NCBI RefSeq assembly: GCF_011386835.1
Contig: NC_088805.1
Span: 29,760,001 to 29,824,000 of the forward strand
From: Chrysemys picta bellii
Lineage: Eukaryota
Direction of reading: 5' to 3'
Length of the DNA: 64,000 bases
Below are positions 49,050-58,204 of the stretch, piece after piece. The notes beneath the pieces were generated by a model. The model ran no database searches. It saw only the letters and a list, made by a program, of their open reading frames with translations, and was not told the DNA's origin. The translations under genes and the position numbers were made by a program. Position 1 is the first letter of the stretch. The number at the start of each line of letters is the position of its first letter.

Positions 49050-49600
49050 TAAGTGTATTCCATCAACACCTTTAGAGCCAAATGTGTAATCTCATCAAAA
49101 AAGATATCAAGTTAGTTTGACAAGGTCTATTTTCCATAAACGCATGTTGATGGTCATTAATTACAGTACTCTCCTTTAATTCTTTTTAGTCAGTCCCATA
49201 TCAGCCATTCCATTAGTTCGCCTGGGATCTATGTCAGGCTGATAGGCCTATAATTACCCAGGTCATCCTGTCTACCCGTTTTAAATATTGGCACAACGTT
49301 AGCTTTCTTCCAGACTTCTGGAACTTCCCCGGCGTTCTAAGACTTATCGAAACAACACTGATGATTCAAACAGTTCCTTGGCAGTCTCTTTTAAAGCTAT
49401 TGGATGCCCGGGGAATGTTTAATTTCAGGAGCTGCTGCTGAATATCGTCTTTAGTTACTGGTAGAAGGGAAAGTATTTAATCATCATATGATAATATGGT
49501 GACATTGTCTGTTTTTTCCCTATTACAAAACAGAACTGTTAACTGAACTCTCCTGCCTTTTCTGCATTATTACTTCTATTAGAGATTGGAGCATCCATTT
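49050..49600 (-). mobile_element. Old CR1 ORF2 fragment, right part
   Basis: Minus strand reads NNAEKAGE..., IPGELME, CQTNLISFFDE and VDGIHL, CR1 ORF2 motifs in the expected order, with stops and frameshifts. Right boundary uncertain. Confidence 0.8.
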
Positions 49601-50809
49601 GAATAATATAAGAACCAGCTTGAATGTCTGTCTGTCCAGCAAACCTGAATCTTTTGGGAACTTAGAGCTGTAGAGGCGAACTTTCTCAAAGACTGCCAGT
49701 CTGTAACTATCAGAGCTGGACTGTGCTGGCCAAAGATGTTGGGATGCCCAGACAGTGAATCCACCTGGTCTCCGGCTCTGAGGATCCAATTCAGCAGGTT
49801 GCTCCGATGAGAAGGTCACCTGCTGCTCCAGCCCCTTTAGGAGAGTGATTCTCTGTGAAAACGTTGCCGTTTTCACCAACTGGAGACCCCCTCTGGTCTC
49901 CATTCTGAATCAACAGCTTTCTCTTGGCATCCCTGTTGGCCTTTGCCCCATCAGCCTTGGAGAGCAAATATAGCTTCTCTTCTACTGCAGGGGTGATGGC
50001 ATTTACATTAGTCCCTGATCAACTCCTGAGCATTTATAACATGGACTGGGAGAACCACATGAGACATGGACTGTCAGTTGGCTGCCGGGAGGGAGGGGGG
50101 GAGCCCTGGAAATCTCTTTGCTCCTCAGGCAACAAGCTCCCCACACGCAAAGGGTGACATTCGGATGAACAAGGATCACCTGTTTCCCTGACAAAGGGTC
50201 AGGGCAGGTCCAGGAGAAGAAATGGAAACTGAAGTGCTTCTTGCCCCACTGTCCCCAGGCACAACGCGGTGGGTATCCCAGGGGAGGATAAAAATAGAGA
50301 CAGACTTTGCTCCTGGGCTTTCGCTCCTGTTTTGTGTCATAAGCAACCAGCAAAATGCAGCAATGTGAGTTTCACTGGAAAGCCTCACGCAGAAGGAACG
50401 AAGCTCATTCCGGCAAATTGCTTTTGCCCTTGTTTTGTCGTAGCTCAAAATGACTCATTCAAATGCCATTAGCAAATCTAGCTTCACAGCCATTAGGCGA
50501 CAGCAGATCGTTATCATAATAGGACACAGAAAATGCTCTCCGGGCGCACAGAATCTGAGGGGTTTGTGGGGGAGGGGAAGTAGATGGAAGAGAATGTGTA
50601 GGAATTGATCCCTATCTGTGGACTGAAATGGCGAAGGAAACACTGCTGATAGACTGAACCCTTCAGTGAAAATGTGGCTTTGTAACTTTTCTTTGCCTTT
50701 GTTTCCCCCCCTCACAATGGGGATAATTCTACCTATCTTCCAGGTGGGCTGTTCCCCTCATGCACAGGGCTATAAAGTGCTGTAAGGATGCAGCAGAGAG
50801 GAAGGACGT

Positions 50810-51070
50810 TCTTTTGGTTAAGAGACAACCTGGGATTCAAGTGATCTAGGTTTAGTCCCTGGCTCTGCCACAGACTCCCTGTGTGACCTTGGACAAGTTG
50901 CTTAATCTGTGTGTGTTTCAGTGCCCCACCCATAACGTGGGGGTGACTGTACTTCCTTTGTCTGTCTGTTTAGATTGAAAGTCCTTTGGGACAAAGACTC
51001 TCTCGCTCTAAGGGTATGGACAGGACCTAGCACATTGGGATCTCAACTGGGCCCTCTAGGAGGTACCAGA
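50810..51070 (+). mobile_element. tRNA/CORE SINE with L2-type tail
   Basis: ggctctgccacagactccctgtgtgaccttggacaagttgcttaatct core; tttagattgaaagtcctttgggacaaagac...ggacctagcacattggg tail. Confidence 0.65.
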
Positions 51071-51353
51071 AGAGCCGTAATGAGATGAAAGGGGCTATGG
51101 AAGTATGAAGTTTTCTTCTGCAGTAAGTGTCTCCTTGGTGAAATGCCATGAATTAAAGGGCTTGGCTCCCCACTTCACCCTCCTGCCTTTGACAACGGAC
51201 AGGAATCTCTCTCTGGCAGAATGTTCTCAGTGTCCTTTAAGAGTCCTTCACGTCAGCAGTCTCCCATGGAGAAGGCCTACCATGCTTGGAAAGGAAGTAT
51301 TAACCGAGTGGCCATGCATCAGCCACTTGACTAATGAGGTTGGTCGATGAGCT

Positions 51354-51385
51354 TCCAGAGGGATGCGCATCCAGAGGGATGCGCA
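51354..51385. repeat. Perfect 16-bp tandem duplication
   Basis: TCCAGAGGGATGCGCA x2. Confidence 0.95.
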
Positions 51386-52535
51386 ATTCTGGTCACCTCC
51401 ACTGCAAAGAACTTCAGTCCGATGAGCTCACTCCAGAGGGTGGTTTAGATCTCAGGAAAAAGAAATGCTCATGAAAGAGCAAAGGCTGGAGGTGGCTCTG
51501 GAGAGACGTCGTGGCCGATTCAGGAGAGCGGTCAAAAGCCAGGTCGTCTCCGTGAGGAGGAGGGAGGCCAGGTCCAGCTGGCTGGAAAATTGAGCTGGAA
51601 TCTCAGCCCACTACCAAGCAGTGTCTGGCTTCTCCAGCCAGCTGGGAGATCATGTGCCAGAGCAGACAAGGAGGTCGCAGGATGCACTCATCTGGGAAGC
51701 AGGCGTGAGTGGTGGCGAGATTCCTACGAGAGACCCATGTGCTATCGGGACATTGGTGATGCGCTCTGTCTTCTCTACTGTGCCAGCCACCGAGGTAGCT
51801 GAGCCCCCAGGAACAATTGGAAGCACAGGCTCTGAGGGGGATTTCGATGCCCTGTTAAGGTGCAGTTCCTCGCCCCGTCACTCGGCGGTGCAGGTGGCCT
51901 GTGCTAAATCATAACCTGGCGGGCACACTGATTGTTCGCTCCACTAGTCAGTAAAGGTACCTAGTCTTTCAGTCTCCCCACCCTGTCTGATTGCTTGATC
52001 CATCTGTTGTGTCCTGCCTGATACTTCTCTCTGGGGCAGGGCCTGCCTTTATTTGTTTGGCACAATGGGACCCTGATGTTTTGACTGGGGCTCGGAGGCA
52101 CCTACCATAATAACCATCAATAGGAAGGGCAGAATTTGCAATTTGCAAGTGACACTGCATTGAAACTATTTGAGACTTGCATTCTGATTCCATATGTAAT
52201 ACAAGCTTTGTACACCTGGGTGCCGCACAGGAATCCAGACACAGTATGGAATTAGCTGATTATGAGAGTAGCCAATAGTCACGAAAAGAACCAGCTGATC
52301 GGTCCACAGGAAGTTAGACCCTTTCAATTCATTGAGCGTACCTCTGGGCCCAGGTAGCCTGTAACAGCTTGCTGATCAATGCCCTCTTTCCCCGCCGACC
52401 GTCTCTAAAGGAGCAGAAATGTATTTAATTACTCAAGGGATGTCCATTTTTTAATATCACAAAGGATTCGTTCTCCCATGTTTTTGTTGATGAGGACTAG
52501 TTATTACAGGGATTTCCCGATGTGGTAGGTTTTAT

Positions 52536-53140
52536 ATAAGAACGTAGGAACATAAGAATGGCCATACTGGGTCAGACCAAAGGACCATCTAGCCCAGTAT
52601 CCTGTCTTGGCCAATGCCAGGGGCCCCAGAGGGAATAAACAGAACAGGTAATCATCAAGGGTACCCACCGGATTGGCGGGTAGTGATCGATTTATCGGGG
52701 ATCGATTTATCGTGTCTAGTGTAGACGCAATAAATTGATCCCCGATCGCTCTGCCGTTGACTCCGGAACTCCACCACGGCGAGAGGCAGAAGCAGAGTCG
52801 ACGGGGGAGCGGCAGCCATCGATCCCGCGCCGCGAGGACGCGAAGTAAGTGATTCTAAGTCGATCTAAGTTACGTCAACTTCAGCAACGCTATTCTCGTA
52901 GCTGAAGTTGCGTATCTTAGCTCGATCCCTCCCCTCGCCCCCAGTGTAGACCAAGTGATCCATCCCCTGTCGCCCATTCCCAGCTTCTGGCAAACAGAGG
53001 CTAGGGACACCATCCCTTTCCATCCTGGCTAATAGCCATTGATGGACCTATCCTCCATGAATTTATCTAGTTCTTTTTTGAACCCTGTTATAGTCTTGGC
53101 CTTCACAACATCCTGTAGCAAGGAGTTCCACAGGTTGACT
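52536..53140 (-). mobile_element. CR1 3' fragment, interrupted at 52660-52955
   Basis: aagaacataagaatggccatactgggtcagacc...aatcatcaag|tgatccatcccctgtcgcccattcccagc...aaggagttccacaggttgactg is contiguous CR1 3' sequence once the insert is removed. Confidence 0.9.
52660..52955. mobile_element. CpG-rich PIF/Harbinger-type MITE with clipped termini
   Basis: atcgatttatcg...gtgtagacgcaataaattgat, cttcagcaacgc...cgtagctgaagttgcgtatcttag, ending ccagtgtagaccaag; the left TIR is absent. Confidence 0.82.
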
Positions 53141-53664
53141 GATAGCAGCCTCAGATCTGGATTAGAGGCCCTGCCTGTCTTATAATTAGCTAGTCACTTG
53201 ACATCTAAAGGAATGCATCTGCTGTCTTTGGCCCAACTATCTAATAATGTAGTTCAGTAAATGTATATGTCTTGCTTGTTTTCAGGGGTGTCACCGTGTA
53301 GGGTAGGTCCTTTGGTGCCCTCTGGAGGGGACCCCCTTGTGATACTCCTGCATCGCAGTGACTTCCCTAGAGGAAGGTCATGCTGAGCCCAGAAAAAAAG
53401 GTGTGATGGTTTGGGGTTAAATCCCAGCTTCCTACCTACATCTGTGCTGGGCAGGTACAGTCGAGCTTGGGTTGTGCCTTAAAAGGCGGCAGTAGAAACA
53501 AATGATCAGAAACCAGCGTGAAGGTTCTGGAGGCGCAATGGCTGTTCGGTTTGGTCTTATATTGTTTGTTGGGTGTTAACCGGCTGTTAAAGGGATGCCA
53601 TCAACTTGAAACTCACATTTCCTAGGTGGGTGTAGCTATCTCCTGGTGATCAGTGATGGTGGCA

Positions 53665-53773
53665 ATTTTACACCTAGTGACTTGACCAAGGTTGCACAGT
53701 AAATCTGTGGCAGATGCTGGACTTGAAACCCAGGAGTCCTGCCTTCCAGTTCACTGCTGCTCTAAACACCAGA
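53665..53773 (-). mobile_element. CORE-SINE fragment
   Basis: agtgacttgaccaaggttgcacagtaaatctgtggcaga...gaaacccaggagtcctgccttccag. Confidence 0.6.
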
Positions 53774-54919
53774 CTTTGTCCAAAATACTGACTGTTCCTT
53801 GAGGGAAATTTCCCCATTTCAGGAAAGTAATTCACCGGTGCATGTTCTAAGTGCAAGGTGACTTCAGCAGATCACTTTTGCTGCCTGGAAAACCCATAAC
53901 CTCCCTTTGAGATAATAACGACCCACTTTGCATAAACGGAGCCAGGGTTGTGAATGGAAGGGGTGTAACCTTATTAAGTGATTTGGACAGGCGGATGAAC
54001 TGTAAAACAGCCAAAGGAGAGGGAAAGAAGAGAGAGACAGAAAGGCAGAGGCATCTGTGAATGCAGAGTGTTTCTTTAATGAGTCAGAAATGGGTTTTTG
54101 ATCTCTTTCTGACTTTTTAAGGCTTTTCTGAATCTTGCCTGTAATTTCGTATTCATTGTATTCAGCCTCCCTTCATCTTTAAACCCTAGACTTGTGGGGC
54201 TCATTAGCAAGTACTTAAATGTCAAAGGGAGAGAGAGAATCTATCCAGTCAGGTGAATGATCATTTACGGTGATACTTGGATGTGTCTAAGATCTCCGGG
54301 AGGAATGGTTTGGGGTTTTTGCCAGGCTGTCCCACAGGAAAGCCAGCAGAAATCGAATTAGAAAAATGCAAATGAACACTCACAAATTGTTCATGGCACT
54401 GGCATTGCTCTGAGACCAGAAGGGAGTGGAGTACTCCAAGCCGTGCTTTGCTGCCAGCATACTCTGGGAAGGTAAGACTCTTCGCTGCAAAGCCATTGTT
54501 GATACAGACCTACAGCAGGTTTCCATTATAAAGTCAGTTTTAATCAACAGTTACCCCACTGTCGTGTGGCGTAGGCAACCATGTACCTGGGATGACTTCG
54601 TTTCTATGTACTGCTTCTTTATATTTCCAAAACATCAGCCATTTTGTTCTCAGAGTTGCTGCAGCCTGTTACCATGAGGCACATACACTGTGCTCGCTCT
54701 GTTTCTCTTGTTTATTTTTATTCACTCACCGAGTTTTTCCTTAATCTAAACTAGCAGCCACTTTAGTTGTAAGTAAAAGTGTATGAATAATGGATTTTTT
54801 GCATGGGTGCTGGACCAATGGGTATAGTGGCGGTGCTGAGCTGAGAGCTATAGTACCAAACTGGAAACCACTTCAAGCCAGGAGGTCTTCCACACTCCCA
54901 GAACAGCTAGGTTCAGCCC

Positions 54920-55342
54920 CTATAATTTTTTGGTTTACTGGCAATTCAAAAACAGGGGGAAAAAATCACTTCGGGTCAAACCAAAATTGCATTAAAAAAA
55001 TTTTTTTTTGGCAAATTAAAAAGTTGGGGAAAAGTTCATATACAGTTGAATGAAATGTTTCGCATCAAATTTGAGCATGTGAAGAAGTTTTTGAATGTAT
55101 TAAACTAAACAAAGGAAATCTCTAAACAAAAAGTCACTTCAAATTGAAAAATCAGAACGTTTCATTTTGAAAACATTGAAATGAAATGTTATGCTGTTTC
55201 CAGAATTTATTTTTGTAGGGTTTTTTTTATTCTGATTGAAACAATTCAGCAAAACTGACATGAATTCACAAAATGTTCAGTGGCACCGAATCTGCGTTTC
55301 TTGTTGAAAAAAGTTTTGGTCAAACAATTTCGCCCAGCTCAA
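54920..55342. mobile_element. AT-rich turtle interspersed repeat, putative DNA transposon remnant
   Basis: Sharp AT-rich block with recurring gaaatgtttc/gaaacatt motifs, ending aatttcgcccagctc. Confidence 0.45.
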
Positions 55343-56364
55343 CTTTGAAACTGGTTGGTTGGTTTTTGTGTGTGGAAATTCATAACAAACAATATCTGAG
55401 ACACCAGAGCCATTTTCTCTGCCACATATATGTTCATACTGGGGTATATAAGCTACCACACTATGGTCACTGGGGGCAAATGTTGATTTTTTAGGGATGA
55501 CCACTGCAGATGTTTGTTCTAAAAACGCATCAGAATAAACAGAACACTCAGACAGCAGAACACCCTGACCTTTCATACAGGACACTACAAAATGCACTTT
55601 GCTTCTGAAACCTCAGTTGAAAGGAGCTGTTGTTCTTTCAAAGATCTGTACAAATGGATTCACTTATTGGGTTAGATTGTCATCATGCAGGAGTTCAACC
55701 CAGAAAGCTAGAAACAGGAGGAGAGAGGTCCATGGCAACCATGAGTTGCCTGATGCATGTTTTCCCAGGAGACAATTGCTTCTGTTCAATTTCTAATCTA
55801 GCCCCATGCCCACAACCCAGTGCCAGAGTATTTTTAAAGGCATGTTTAAGGACAGATATTCCTATCGCAAGCAGCACTCTGAATCCTATTTCTGGGGTAA
55901 AGGTTTCTTGCCTCTTTACAGAACTGGCAACGTCACTTGGGCTTTCAAAATCCCAGCAACCCAACAGCATCATTTTGCTGATAGAGATATTAATAAACAA
56001 AGAGCCGGAGAGAGGGTTAAAAGTGGCCAGCAAGTGATGGAGGATGACAAGGGAGAGAAAAAAAAGGAACTCAGCCAAGTATGTTGAGTACCCATGGGAG
56101 GAGCAGGGCTTCAAATGACGGTGATGCGTGGGGGCGGGCATGCAGGGTCATGTCATCGCCCCCAGATTTGCTGTTTGCCTTGTACTGAGCATGCTCAGTA
56201 CCATCACTGAAGCCGGCTGCCCTCACTCTGCCCCTCCCCCCCCATTATTGACAGTCACGGGTCGTCTCTGGCTTCAGGCAAATCAGGCCAGAGACTTTCC
56301 AAGATTCACCCTGCCTTCATGAAATGATGGAGATTAGACACAAAGTGCCAGGCTAACACTATGA

Positions 56365-57015
56365 GTCACTATGAGTCAACAGTGTGATGCGGTTGCAAAA
56401 AAGCAAACCTGATTCTGGGATGTATTAACAGGTGTGTTGTGAGCAAGATATGAGAAGTCATTCTTCCGCTCTACTCTGCGCTGGTTAGGCCTCAGCTGGA
56501 GTATTGTGTCCAGTTCTGGGCACCGCATTTAAAGAAAGATGTGGAGAAATTAGAGAGGGTCCAGAGAAGAGCAACAAGAATGATTAAAGGTCTTGAGAAC
56601 ATGACCTATGAAGGAAGGCTGAAAGAATTGGGTTTGTTTAGTTTGGAAAAGAGAAGACTGAGAGGGGACATGATAGCAGTTTTCAGGTATCTAAAAGGGT
56701 GTCATAAGGAGGAGGGAGAAAACTTGTTCACCTTAGTCTCTAAGGATAGAACCAGAAGCAATGGGCTTAAACTGCAGCAAGAGAGGTCTAGGTTGGACAT
56801 TAGGAAAAAGTTCCTAACTGTCAGGGTGGTTAAACACTGGAATAAATTGCCTAGGGAGGTTGTGGAATCTCCATCTCTGGAGATATTTAAGAGTAGGTTA
56901 GATAAATGTCTATCAGGGATGGTCTGGACCGTATTTGGTCCTACCATGCGGGCAGGGGACTGGACTCGATGACCTCTCGAGGTCCCTTCCAGTCCTAGAA
57001 TCTATGAATCTATGA
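56365..57015 (+). mobile_element. CR1 LINE, 5'-truncated (about 650 bp), inactive
   Basis: ORF 56541-56972 is the CR1 ORF2 C-terminus ([18 protein letters not shown]...[16 protein letters not shown]...[12 protein letters not shown]). Upstream there is a frameshift and a TGA stop (56451-56453), the native stop appears mutated (ggtctgg), and the tail is (AATCTATG)2. Confidence 0.95.
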
Positions 57016-58057
57016 ATAAACATGTAAGTGTATGCCAGTGGGTGCACTCAAGCAGCTCAGAGCCCGGGGAGATACGTCTTCCTCCTCCAGCATGGCATTC
57101 CAATTGACACCCTTTCTAGGCTGGCTGGAGAAAAGCACAGAGTAGCTGAGTGAGGGGCTCTGGTGGCCGGAAGCAATAATCCTTAATCAGGCTGCTCAAT
57201 ACTCTCCTTGTAGAGCAAGAGACAAAGAAACAGCAGCACAAACTCAATGAGACTTTCTTTGCTGTTTAATTCCTTATCCTCTGTTCTATGCATTGTTTGT
57301 TTTCCGGATAACCTCTCAGTACAAACATGAGGCGTTTGCATGTCATCTGGTGCATTTTTATTCAAGGCAGCAAAGAGTATTTTTCCGGGTAATGTTCTAG
57401 GTGCTTTCTCAGAGTACAGCTAATGGCATTCAGTTCGAATTGGCTCCTTTACTGTACCAGAGGCTTCTTTAACTTAAAATTGTCATGAAAGTTGGATCGT
57501 TTCCTGAGAATAAGGGGAAGGGTCCTCGATAAATCCGCCGTAGTGAAGAGACGAGATTGCCCGAGGGATTGGAGCCTTTCCCCATGGATTCAGATCGTGA
57601 TGAGTTCAATGGTAGCCAGCCCTCTTACCAGCCAGTCACTGTTCATTGGTCTGTTAGAGATATGTAGGTGGTTGCAGACTCATTCGTATTGGCCCTCTCT
57701 TCATGGAACTAGCTCGAGGTGGTAGGGAACTGCATGGAACCGGCAGGCGTGGCAAGGGTCTATAACCTATCTCATGCCTTTGTCTGGAAGAGGATTTGGA
57801 GTGGAGGCTCTTTGCATCAGTCAGGAGGGTTTGTTCAGTTGGGAGGAGGGTCAGATTACGTGTCGCTGAGGATAGCGTTTGCAGCCAGAAGGACTGGGTT
57901 TGGGTGGATTGACTGCCCAGGTTTCGTGGTGGGATGGGTGGCAGCAGGTGGAGAAGACCATGAAAGGCTCTCAGAGAGTCTCGATTCATGTCGCTTTGCA
58001 CTACAGCTATTGTTGCCAGTGAACCAGACTTTCCATCTTCCGTGTCACATGGACCTT

Positions 58058-58064
58058 TACTAAC
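58058..58064 (+). promoter_or_regulatory. Consensus branch point TACTAAC of the intron before coding exon 4
   Basis: Exact U2-complementary heptamer; branch A (58063) lies 19 nt upstream of the acceptor G (58082). Confidence 0.75.
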
Positions 58065-58082
58065 CAGCTCTCTCTGTTCCAG

Positions 58083-58204
58083 ATGGCAGCGCGATATTCC
58101 GCGGATGCTTCCACCGGCCGGACAACGTCTCCTTAGCTTTGCCTGTGACTGGGGTGATGCTGAACATGTCTGTGGACAAGTGTGTGGACTTCTGCACTGA
58201 AAAG
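58083..58204 (+). CDS. WSCD2: WSCD2 coding exon 4 (first half of WSC domain 2)
   Basis: TACTAAC branch point at 58058-58064 and acceptor ctctctgttccAG. Reads (Y)GSAIFRGCFHRPDNVSLALPVTGVMLNMSVDKCVDFCTEK, with sequons NVS and NMS. Donor AAG|GTAAGT; 122 nt, phase 1 to 0. Confidence 0.97.

Noticed and set aside
56541-56972. 143-aa ORF with clear protein-like sequence
   Set aside because: C-terminus of a 5'-truncated CR1 ORF2 with an upstream stop and frameshift; not a host gene.
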